NCBI GenBank assembly: GCA_028865585.1
Contig: JAGWJU010000002.1
Span: forward strand, 1 to 36,085
DNA from: Elusimicrobiota bacterium
GTDB taxonomy: Bacteria; Elusimicrobiota; Elusimicrobia; UBA1565; UBA9628
Direction of reading: 5' to 3'
DNA: 36,085 nt
Position numbers and translations under genes: made by a program. Positions 25,140-32,411 of this stretch are shown here, piece after piece; the first letter of the stretch is position 1; every line of letters begins with the position of its first letter. Below the pieces are notes generated by a model. It saw only the letters and a program-made list of their open reading frames with translations. It did not search any database and was not told the origin of the DNA.

Positions 25140-25771
25140 TGGAAGATAAAAACAACGGACGTTTTGTCGGACTCGCCGCGCTGCTCACGGCGGGCCTGGC
25201 TTCGGTCTGCTGCATCGGCCCGCTTCTTGCCGTCGCCTTGGGCTTTGGAAGCTTGGGATTCGCCGCGGGGCTTATCCGATATCGGCCGCTGTTCCTAGCG
25301 CTGACCGCCGTGATACTGGCTTTCGGCTTTTATCAGGCTTATCGCAAACGTTCGGTTGAATGCGCGGACGGAAGCTGCGAGATGCGCTCGGGAAGCCGCG
25401 CGATGAAAACGGGCCTGTGGGTCCTAACCGCCGCCGTCCTGGCCTTGGCGACTTTTCCCAAGTGGTCGGCCTGCCTGCTGGGGCAATGCAAACCTAAAGC
25501 CGCCGCCGGGGCTGCGGCGGCTTCCGTTCCCGCCGGAGCCCAGGCCATAAACCTTGGAATTTCCGGCATGGACTGCGCCGCCTGCACGGTCGAGATTAAA
25601 AAGGACGTGGAAAAATTGCCCGGCGTCTATTCCGCGAACGTTGATTTTTACGCCGGGACGGCGCTGGTTGAAACCAACGGGAAAGTCAACCCTCAAGACG
25701 TGGTGAGGGCGGTCGCGGCCGCGGGATATCAGGCCAAAGTCATTCAGTCAAAAAATGGAGGAGCGCAATGA
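25139..25771 (+). CDS. merT: MerT-MerP fusion (mercuric ion transporter with C-terminal HMA domain)
   Basis: The ATG overlaps the merR stop (TAATG), 5 nt after AGGAGGA. 'LASVCCIGPLLAV' and 'YRPLFLALTAV...CADGSC' are MerT-like. The C-terminal complete HMA domain has 'GMDCAACT'. Confidence 0.85.
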   Translation: MEDKNNGRFVGLAALLTAGLASVCCIGPLLAVALGFGSLGFAAGLIRYRPLFLALTAVILAFGFYQAYRKRSVECADGSCEMRSGSRAMKTGLWVLTAAVLALATFPKWSACLLGQCKPKAAAGAAAASVPAGAQAINLGISGMDCAACTVEIKKDVEKLPGVYSANVDFYAGTALVETNGKVNPQDVVRAVAAAGYQAKVIQSKNGGAQ

Positions 25772-27219
25772 AGCAAAATAACGGGGTGGAAGGACGCGAG
25801 TTCTGGGACGGCGCGACGAAATTCGACTTGGCTGTGATTGGAGGCGGCTCTGGTGCTTTCGCCGCCGCCATCAAGGGCTCGGAGATGGGGGCCAAGGTCG
25901 CCATTATTGAGGAAGGCGTCATTGGGGGCACGTGCTTAAACCGCGGCTGCGTGCCCACCAAGCACCTCATTCGCGCGGCCGAGGTTTATCACTTGGCGCA
26001 GTCCAATCCTTTCGCCGGATTTTCGCTCAAGCGCTCCAAGCTGGACTTCGCCAAGCTCATCGAAAAGAAAGACGCGCTCCTCGATTGGGCCAGGAACGCC
26101 AAGTACTGGGACATCTTGAGGTATCACAAGAACATCAGCTTCATCAGCCGCAGGGCCAAACTGACCGCTCCCGGGCGCATCGACGCCGGAGGAACGGAAA
26201 TCCAGGCTCAAAAAATCATCATCGCGACCGGATCCTCGGCCTTTATCCCGCCCATCGAGGGGCTGGATAAGGTTCCCTATCTGACCAGCACGGAGGCCTT
26301 GAATCTCAAGGAGCTTCCCGGCTCCATGATGGTGCTGGGGGCCAACGCCGTGGGCCTGGAGCTGGCCCAAATGTTTTCCCGCTTCGGGGTCAAGACGGCC
26401 ATCCACGAGATCATGGGCCGCGTGGCTCCTCTGGAGGAGCCCGAGATATCGGACGCCTTGGGGAAATACATTAAGGAAGACGGCATCGAGGTCTGCACTT
26501 GCTCGAAAGTTGTCAAAGCCCGCAAGGAAGGGACGCAAATCGTCATCAGCTCCGAAATGCCCGGCGGGAAAATCAGGGAATTTATGGCCGAGGCGCTTTT
26601 GGTGGCCACGGGCAGGCGTCCCAACACGCGGAATATGGGGCTTGAAGGCCTCGGCGTGGCCATGGACGCCCGCGGCTACATCAAGACCGACGAGATGATG
26701 AAAACATCGGTTGCCGGCGTTTTCGCGGCGGGAGACTGCGTTGGGCCTTACCAGTTCGTCTATACGGCCGCTTATCAGGGAGCGGTCGCGGCCCAGAACG
26801 CCCTGGAAGACTGTTGCGAGCGTAAAATCAATTACGAACAGGTCCCCTACGCCATTTTCACCGATCCGGAAGTCGCTTCCGTGGGATTGAAGGAAGAGCA
26901 GGCCAGGAAGCGCGGCCTCGCTGTTCGGACCAGCATTCTGGATTTCCACTGGGTTCCCCGGGCCGAGGCGATGCTGAACGAGCGGGGCCTCATCAAGATC
27001 GTGGCCGAGGAAAAAAGCCTCAAGCTCCTGGGCGTGCACATCGTGGCGCCCCAGGCCGGAGAGCTTATTCACGAGGCCGCCATGGCCTTGAAATTCGGCG
27101 CGACCGCGGCGGATCTAATCGACGCGCTCCATGTCTATCCGACGCTCTCCGAGGCCTTGAAGATTTGCGCGCAGGGATTCTTCAAGGACGCGACCAAGCT
27201 CTCCTGCTGCGCGGAATAA
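25768..27219 (+). CDS. merA: Mercuric reductase, core form without N-terminal HMA (NmerA) domain
   Basis: ATGA overlap with the previous gene. 'VIGGGSGAFAAA'. Redox-active 'GGTCLNRGCVPTK'. C-terminal vicinal pair 'KLSCCAE', which is diagnostic of MerA. Confidence 0.93.
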   Translation: MKQNNGVEGREFWDGATKFDLAVIGGGSGAFAAAIKGSEMGAKVAIIEEGVIGGTCLNRGCVPTKHLIRAAEVYHLAQSNPFAGFSLKRSKLDFAKLIEKKDALLDWARNAKYWDILRYHKNISFISRRAKLTAPGRIDAGGTEIQAQKIIIATGSSAFIPPIEGLDKVPYLTSTEALNLKELPGSMMVLGANAVGLELAQMFSRFGVKTAIHEIMGRVAPLEEPEISDALGKYIKEDGIEVCTCSKVVKARKEGTQIVISSEMPGGKIREFMAEALLVATGRRPNTRNMGLEGLGVAMDARGYIKTDEMMKTSVAGVFAAGDCVGPYQFVYTAAYQGAVAAQNALEDCCERKINYEQVPYAIFTDPEVASVGLKEEQARKRGLAVRTSILDFHWVPRAEAMLNERGLIKIVAEEKSLKLLGVHIVAPQAGELIHEAAMALKFGATAADLIDALHVYPTLSEALKICAQGFFKDATKLSCCAE

Positions 27220-27243
27220 AAACGGAAAGGAGGAAAAACGAAG

Positions 27244-27432
27244 ATGAAGACAGTTCGCGTTTATGAAGGCTCGTTGTGGTGCAACGGGTGCCGCCACTGC
27301 CCGGTGGTCGACTACGCGCCTGAGGAAGGCCAAGTCGTCATCCATGATCCGGCGAAGCCCAAGAATGGCAAGATGATGATGAGCGTCGAGGAGTACAACG
27401 CCCTCATCGCGCACGCCAAGCCGATCGCATAA
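27244..27432 (+). CDS. 62-aa Cys-rich protein (CxxCxxC), unknown family
   Basis: AAGGAGG SD about 9 nt upstream. 'SLWCNGCRHCPVVDY...VVIHDPAKPKNGKMMMSVEEYNALI'. Lies 24 nt after merA. Confidence 0.6.
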   Translation: MKTVRVYEGSLWCNGCRHCPVVDYAPEEGQVVIHDPAKPKNGKMMMSVEEYNALIAHAKPIA

Positions 27433-27439
27433 TCGGACT

Positions 27440-27471
27440 GGAACGGGCCGGTCGAGAGGCCGGCCTGTTCC
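27440..27471 (+). terminator. Strong hairpin after the 62-aa gene (attenuator or terminator-like; no U-tract)
   Basis: GGAACGGGCCGG-tcgagagg-CCGGCCTGTTCC, a 12-bp stem with one G-U pair. It is followed by 'aaagctt', not a T run. Confidence 0.35.
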
Positions 27472-27508
27472 AAAGCTTAGGGCAGTCATTTGTTCCAAGG
27501 AGGTCGAC

Positions 27509-27574
27509 ATGGGATTTATGGGCTGGGCGGCGTTCCTATGCTTGGCGATGTTGTTGAGCGGCTGTTGCTGTTGA
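27509..27574 (+). CDS. Micro-ORF 1 (21 aa): MGFMGWAAFLCLAMLLSGCCC
   Basis: Below the ORF-track length cutoff. AAGGAGG (27497-27503) lies 5 nt before the ATG. Hydrophobic peptide with lipobox-like L-S-G-C, followed only by C-C and then stop. Confidence 0.35.
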   Translation: MGFMGWAAFLCLAMLLSGCCC

Positions 27575-27590
27575 AGGACAGGAGCGCAAG

Positions 27591-27677
27591 ATGAGGCAAG
27601 GGGACTTGTGGACCATCATCGCCGCCATCGCGGCCGTTTCCTTGTGCTGTCTTGGGCATCTATTCATGCGGCGTTAA
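27591..27677 (+). CDS. Micro-ORF 2 (28 aa): MRQGDLWTIIAAIAAVSLCCLGHLFMRR
   Basis: GGAG lies 6 nt before the ATG, 16 nt after the micro-ORF 1 stop. One TM helix flanked by charged ends, with an intramembrane 'CC..H'. Confidence 0.35.
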   Translation: MRQGDLWTIIAAIAAVSLCCLGHLFMRR

Positions 27678-27748
27678 GGAATGCATGACCGGCACCGCCG
27701 CGGACGCAAACCAAATAATCTTAAAAGCGCATCGGAAGATGACGCCAC

Positions 27749-27775
27749 TGTAACATTCCCGGCTTTGGCGCGACT
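27749..27775 (+). promoter_or_regulatory. ECF-type promoter motif, copy A (TGTAAC-N16-CGACT)
   Basis: TGTAACattcccggctttggcgCGACTtaataat, ending 19 nt before the ATG at 27794. Confidence 0.5.
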
Positions 27776-27793
27776 TAATAATGGAAGGATCGC

Positions 27794-28159
27794 ATGAGAA
27801 CGCTGGTAAAACCTAAAGTCCGCAGAAAGATCGCGCTTGACGGGGAGCAGGACGGGCCGGCGCAGGCGGCCACGGCCTCGGCGGCGACATTGTTGGATTA
27901 TCCCCAGGAAGGAGAAATCATCACGTCTTCCTGCTACACGTTCCGCATCGCCCCGCGCGTAGCGGCTCTAGGCGTGGATATTTCCATCGACCAGGGGCCG
28001 TGGATGCCCTGCCGGGAATCGGTCGGCTACTGGTGGTATGATTGGTCGGGCTATGCGGCGGGCCGGCACCAAGCATCGGTCAGGACGCGGACTGCGGACG
28101 GGCGGCTTGTTCCAAGCGATATCCGCCAATTTGAAACGCGCTCTGAACCCACGGCTTGA
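27794..28159 (+). CDS. Hypothetical protein, probably beta-sandwich
   Basis: GGAAGGA SD. 'YTFRIAPRVAALGVDISIDQGPWMPCRESVGYWWYDWSGYAAGRHQASVRTRTADGR' looks like an Ig/E-set-type module. No signal peptide. Confidence 0.55.
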   Translation: MRTLVKPKVRRKIALDGEQDGPAQAATASAATLLDYPQEGEIITSSCYTFRIAPRVAALGVDISIDQGPWMPCRESVGYWWYDWSGYAAGRHQASVRTRTADGRLVPSDIRQFETRSEPTA

Positions 28160-28195
28160 TTTTAGGAACGAATAAATGAAACAGGGGGCAACATC

Positions 28196-28714
28196 ATGAC
28201 TCAAGCTGCGCTGCAGGACAATCCGGAAGCCGTTCTGGACGGCATCAAAAAGAAGCTCGGCTTCGTGCCCAACATCTATAAGGAAATGATCAAGTCCCCG
28301 GCCGCGTTCGAAGTCTATGTCGGGGGAACGCAGGCCCTGGAGCGGCGAGGGATTTTGAAACCCGTTGAGCGGCAGGCCGCCATGCTGGCCGTTTCGGCCT
28401 CGAACAAGTGCGATTACTGCGCGAGCGCGCACAGCCTGCTCGCCAAGGCCTCGGGCATGGCCGAAGAAGACACCGCAGCCGTAAGATCCGGCGGCGAACC
28501 GCGCGACGCAAGGCTCGGGGCCCTGGTCCGCGCCGTCCGGCTGATTCTGGACAAGCGGGGATTCCTGGATGAGGAGAACCTGCGGCGTCTTGAAAAGGAT
28601 GGAATCGCTCGGCCGCAGCTCTACGAGCTTATCGCGATTGTCGGCCTTAAGACGATCTCCAACTACCTCAACCATATCAATCATACGGAGATCGATCCGC
28701 AGTTCAAGGGTTAG
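28196..28714 (+). CDS. Carboxymuconolactone decarboxylase / AhpD-like family protein (CxxC)
   Basis: 'AVSASNKCDYCASAHS' is the AhpD-core CxxC motif. All-helical, ~170 aa. Confidence 0.85.
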   Translation: MTQAALQDNPEAVLDGIKKKLGFVPNIYKEMIKSPAAFEVYVGGTQALERRGILKPVERQAAMLAVSASNKCDYCASAHSLLAKASGMAEEDTAAVRSGGEPRDARLGALVRAVRLILDKRGFLDEENLRRLEKDGIARPQLYELIAIVGLKTISNYLNHINHTEIDPQFKG

Positions 28715-28770
28715 GGCTCCATCGGGGGCGCGGCGGACGAAGCTCTTGGGGAATTGAACGCCCGTTGATT

Positions 28771-28797
28771 TGTAACATTTGCGGCACTAGCCGGACT
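28771..28797 (+). promoter_or_regulatory. ECF-type promoter motif, copy B (TGTAAC-N16-GGACT), upstream of the bufferin-type operon
   Basis: TGTAACatttgcggcactagccGGACTaattatt. A leader of roughly 50 nt containing a CTGGG-accgaa-CCCAG hairpin precedes the precursor ATG. Confidence 0.55.
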
Positions 28798-28854
28798 AAT
28801 TATTATCGGCTGGGACCGAACCCAGACCGAATCGGAAACAAACAGGAGAGATGA

Positions 28855-29163
28855 ATGAGCAAGACGATGAACAAAGCCCTCTTGGGGGCGGCTATGGCCG
28901 GAATCATGGGGGCGGCTATGATGGCGGCTCCCGCTTCGGCTAAACAAAGAAAAGCGGCGAAGAACGTCAAGTGCTACGGCGTGAACAAATGCGCCGGGCA
29001 CGGCAGCTGCGGCGGCAAGGGTCACCAGTGCGCGGGCAAGAATTCCTGCAAGGGCCAAGGCTGGCTCCCCATGCCCAAGAAATCCTGCGAGAACATCGAG
29101 GGCGGTTCATTGACGCCTGTCAAACCGGCGACCCAGCCGATGAACAGCAAGGGTGGCCAGTAA
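28855..29163 (+). CDS. bufA: DUF2282 / BufA-type bufferin precursor peptide with Sec signal (6 Cys, 2 His in core)
   Basis: GGAG lies 6 nt before the ATG. Signal 'ALLGAAMAGIMGAAMMAAPASA'. Core 'KCYGVNKCAGHGSCGGKGHQCAGKNSCKGQGWLPMPKKSCENIEGGSLTP' follows the 'KCYGV...C...CAG...W..P...C...GGSL' DUF2282 pattern. Confidence 0.85.
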   Translation: MSKTMNKALLGAAMAGIMGAAMMAAPASAKQRKAAKNVKCYGVNKCAGHGSCGGKGHQCAGKNSCKGQGWLPMPKKSCENIEGGSLTPVKPATQPMNSKGGQ

Positions 29164-29189
29164 GGCTTAAGCAAATAGGAACGAATCGT

Positions 29190-30083
29190 GTGGCGGCCTG
29201 GAAAACCTCCCATCATCAGCCGGACGGCTTAGTCGTCCGCGGCGTCGGCATCGGCCTACGTTCCGTCCATTACGATCACATCCTCTCCCGCCGTCCCGCG
29301 GTCCCTTGGTTCGAGGCTATTTCCGAGAACTATATGGGACTGCGGGACGGCCAAGGGGGAAGGCCCTTGGAAATTTTGCGGCTTGTCCGAGAGCGTTATC
29401 CCGTGGCCCTTCACGGAGTTTCCATGAATATCGGCTCCGCAGACCCCCTGGACCGGGATTATTTGAAAAAACTCAAGCGCCTGGCCGACCTCGTCAAACC
29501 CGCGCACATCTCGGATCATCTATGCTGGACGGGGACGCGAGGGCGCAATCTGCACGATCTCCTGCCTCTGCCTTATACGCGGGAAGCCTTGAATCTCATC
29601 GTGCCCCGGGTTCGGGAAATCCAGGAGACGCTGGGCAGGCGCTTTCTTCTGGAAAACGTTTCCAGTTACGCCGCGTACCGGCATTCCGAGATGCCGGAAT
29701 GGGAGTTCTTGGCCGAAATCGCGGAGCGCTCGGGCTGCGGCATTCTCTTGGACGTCAACAACGTCCACGTCAGCGCGACGAACCACGGATACGACCCACT
29801 CGAATACATCGATGGCGTTCCGTCCGGGCTGGTAGTGCAGATGCACCTGGCCGGCTATTCCGAGTCCGGCGCTCTCCTCATCGACACGCACGATCACCCG
29901 GTGTCCGATCCGGTCTGGGACTTGTACGCCCGAGCCCTGCGCCGTTTTGGGGACGTTCCCACGCTCATCGAATGGGACGATCGGATTCCCTCTTTTCGCG
30001 TCCTTGAGGAACAGGCCGCGCGCGCCGAAAAAATCCGCCGGGGGGTGTCGCGTGAGCGCCTTGCGCCCGCCCTGTCTTCCTGA
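29190..30083 (+). CDS. bufB: DUF692 multinuclear non-heme iron oxidase (MNIO; BufB/MbnB-like)
   Basis: GTG at 29190 is the only plausible start after the precursor stop. 'GVGIGLRSVHYDHIL...WFEAISENYM...ALHGVSMNIGS...ISDHLCW...LLENVSSY...LLDVNNVHVSA...MHLAG...LIDTHDHPV...TLIEWD'. Confidence 0.9.
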   Translation: MAAWKTSHHQPDGLVVRGVGIGLRSVHYDHILSRRPAVPWFEAISENYMGLRDGQGGRPLEILRLVRERYPVALHGVSMNIGSADPLDRDYLKKLKRLADLVKPAHISDHLCWTGTRGRNLHDLLPLPYTREALNLIVPRVREIQETLGRRFLLENVSSYAAYRHSEMPEWEFLAEIAERSGCGILLDVNNVHVSATNHGYDPLEYIDGVPSGLVVQMHLAGYSESGALLIDTHDHPVSDPVWDLYARALRRFGDVPTLIEWDDRIPSFRVLEEQAARAEKIRRGVSRERLAPALSS

Positions 30084-30888
30084 ACTGCAAAGCTGGCTCC
30101 AGGACGTCCTGAGCGATCCGGACGGGGTGGACGCGGCCGCAGCCCGCGGCGCGGCGAACGCCCAAGTCCTGTCGTGGATTCTAGACGGAGCCGGCGCGGA
30201 CGTGCGAACCCGGCTTTCGGTCTATTCCGACGCCTACTTCCTGCGCCTGCTCGATTCTCTCGGCCACGATTTTCCGGCGCTCAAACGAGCCTTGGGCGGC
30301 GACGGCTTCCGAGGCTTGATCGCGGACTATCTCAAGACAAACCCCTCCACGTTTAAGAGCGTTTCCATGGTCGGCGGGAGTCTTTTCACTTTCATTCGAT
30401 GGCATCCCTTAAGCCGAAAATTCGGGTTCCTGCCGGATTTGGCGCGTTTGGAATGGGCCGTGCTCACTTGTCTCCATCGGGATCGCCCTGAGACGGCCGA
30501 TCTTTTCCGATCCGGGGCGCTGTCGGAAGCGGATCTGCCGTCCGCCCAATTATCGCTGGGCCCGGCGGCACGGCTTTTGGAAACGGACTGGGCCGTGGAC
30601 CGGCTCTGGCGCCGCGCGGAGCTTCCCTCGGGCCGCGGCCCGAGGCGTTTGCGAAAAAAAGAGCCTCGCAAGCTGCTGATATTTCGGGATGAGTTATGGG
30701 TCCGCGTGGAATCCTTAGATCCGGCGCAATGGTCGGCTCTAAAGAAGATTGAGCGGGGGGCTGCGCTCGAATCGGTCTGCCGGCATTGGGAAAATTCCTC
30801 CGGCTTTCGGGTCGCTCCCGCGGCCGCGCGAAAATGGTTTAAGAATTGGATTCAATCCGGAATCATCGCCATCAGGAGGCCCTCATGA
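30052..30888 (+). CDS. bufC: DUF2063 protein (BufC-type MNIO partner)
   Basis: GTG at 30052, overlapping bufB by 32 nt. 'VYSDAYFLRLLDSLGHDFPALKRALGGDGFRGLIADYLKTNPS' matches the DUF2063 N-terminal domain pattern. Confidence 0.8.
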   Translation: MSALRPPCLPELQSWLQDVLSDPDGVDAAAARGAANAQVLSWILDGAGADVRTRLSVYSDAYFLRLLDSLGHDFPALKRALGGDGFRGLIADYLKTNPSTFKSVSMVGGSLFTFIRWHPLSRKFGFLPDLARLEWAVLTCLHRDRPETADLFRSGALSEADLPSAQLSLGPAARLLETDWAVDRLWRRAELPSGRGPRRLRKKEPRKLLIFRDELWVRVESLDPAQWSALKKIERGAALESVCRHWENSSGFRVAPAAARKWFKNWIQSGIIAIRRPS

Positions 30889-32402
30889 ACGAAACCATCC
30901 GTGTTTTGCCGGATGACGAGCATAACCGCGCCTTGGCGTCAAACGCTCATCCGCAGGGTTGGATCAATCCCAATCCTGCCGCGAAATACCATTTGGTCGT
31001 TGTCGGCGGAGGCACGGCCGGCCTGGTCACGGCGGCGGGCGCCGCCGGCCTGGGCGCCAAGGTCGCGTTGGTGGAGAAGCACCTCCTGGGCGGGGACTGT
31101 TTGAACGTCGGCTGCGTGCCGTCGAAGGCTCTCATCCGAGCGTCCCGGGCCGCAGCGGATGTCCGGGGCGCGGCTGAGTTTGGAATTTCGGTCCCGCTGG
31201 GCTGGACGGCGGATTTTCCCGGGATCATGGAGCGGCTGCGCCGTTTGCGCGCGCAGTTAAGTTCAAACGATTCGGCCAAGCGCTTTAAGGACTTGGGCGT
31301 GGACATTTTCCTGGGCGAAGGCCGGTTCGTGGGCCCGTCATCCCTGGAAGTCGCGGGCTCACGGCTCAATTTCTCCAAGGCCGTCATCGCCACGGGCGCG
31401 CGCGCGGCCAGGCTGCCCATCCCAGGACTATGGGAATCGGGCGCCCTGACCAACGAAACCGTCTTCTCGCTGACCGAACTGCCCAAGCGCCTCGTCGTCA
31501 TCGGCGCGGGGCCCATCGGCTGCGAACTCTCGCAGGCTTTCGCCCGCTTCGGCGCCCGCGTCTCCATTCTGGAAGTCTCGAGCCAAATTCTCGGGCGCGA
31601 GGACGAGGACGCGGCCCGCATCGTGCAAGCCGCGCTCAAGAAAGACGGGGTTGAAATCATGACGTCCTGCAAAATCTCCGGCGTGGAGGCGCGAGGCGGG
31701 GAGAAAATCGTGCGGTTAGAAAGCGAAGGTAGAAACATGGAACTGACCGCGGACGCGATTCTGGTCGGCGTGGGCCGCGCTCCCAACGTCGAAGGCCTGG
31801 AATTGGAGGCGGCGGGCGTGGAATACGACAAGCGGACGGGCGTCAAGGTGGACGACCGACTGCGCACGGCGAACTCCCGCATCTTCGCTGCGGGGGACGT
31901 TTGCTCGCCTTACAAATTCACCCATGCGGCCGACGCCATGGCGCGGGTCGCGATTCAGAACGCATTGTTCGCGGGCAGGAAAAAGGCGAGTTCGCTCGTC
32001 ATCCCCTGGTGCACCTACACAGATCCGGAAGTCGCCCACGTCGGACTTTACGAAAAGGAGGCGCACGCTCTCGGCATCAAGACGAATACCTTCATACAAG
32101 CCCTTAAGGATGTAGACCGAGCCGTTCTGGACGGGCAAGGAGAAGGCTTTGTTAAAATCCATCTTCGGACCGGCACCGATGAAATCCTTGGCGCGACCAT
32201 CGTGGCCGCCCATGCCGGCGAGATGATTGGAGAACTAGCCCTGGCCATGACCGCTAAAATCGGGCTCAAAACAATAGGGGCGACTATCCATCCATATCCC
32301 ACTCAAGCCGAGGCCGTTAAGAAAACGGCGGACGCCTACAACCGAAGCCGCTTGACGCCTGCGGCCAAGCGACTCTTGGCGTTTTGGCTGGGGCGGCCGT
32401 AG
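30885..32402 (+). CDS. Class-I pyridine-nucleotide-disulfide oxidoreductase (MerA/Lpd-like flavoprotein lacking the MerA C-terminal Cys pair)
   Basis: AGGAGG lies 5 nt before the ATG. ATGA overlap with the bufC stop. 'VVVGGGTAGL', 'GGDCLNVGCVPSK', 'HPYPTQAEA'. The C-terminus 'TPAAKRLLAFWLGRP' has no CC. Confidence 0.9.
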   Translation: MNETIRVLPDDEHNRALASNAHPQGWINPNPAAKYHLVVVGGGTAGLVTAAGAAGLGAKVALVEKHLLGGDCLNVGCVPSKALIRASRAAADVRGAAEFGISVPLGWTADFPGIMERLRRLRAQLSSNDSAKRFKDLGVDIFLGEGRFVGPSSLEVAGSRLNFSKAVIATGARAARLPIPGLWESGALTNETVFSLTELPKRLVVIGAGPIGCELSQAFARFGARVSILEVSSQILGREDEDAARIVQAALKKDGVEIMTSCKISGVEARGGEKIVRLESEGRNMELTADAILVGVGRAPNVEGLELEAAGVEYDKRTGVKVDDRLRTANSRIFAAGDVCSPYKFTHAADAMARVAIQNALFAGRKKASSLVIPWCTYTDPEVAHVGLYEKEAHALGIKTNTFIQALKDVDRAVLDGQGEGFVKIHLRTGTDEILGATIVAAHAGEMIGELALAMTAKIGLKTIGATIHPYPTQAEAVKKTADAYNRSRLTPAAKRLLAFWLGRP

Positions 32403-32411
32403 GCGCGCAAT

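Noticed and set aside
25936-27072. Long antisense ORFs inside strong genes: 378 aa opposite merA, 311 aa opposite the reductase (30947-31882), 279 aa at 71-910, 280 aa at 7908-8750, and 266 aa at 3087-3887.
   Set aside because: These are Arg/Gly/Pro/Ala-rich, low-complexity translations typical of shadow ORFs in high-GC DNA. Each lies fully inside a gene with clear family motifs on the other strand.
27683-27796. A 37-codon ORF (MHDRHRRGRKPNNLKSASEDDATVTFPALARLNNGRIA) between micro-ORF 2 and the next gene.
   Set aside because: It has no SD and is a hydrophilic, Arg-rich sequence. It runs across ECF-type promoter copy A and into the next gene's SD and start, so it is more likely non-coding.
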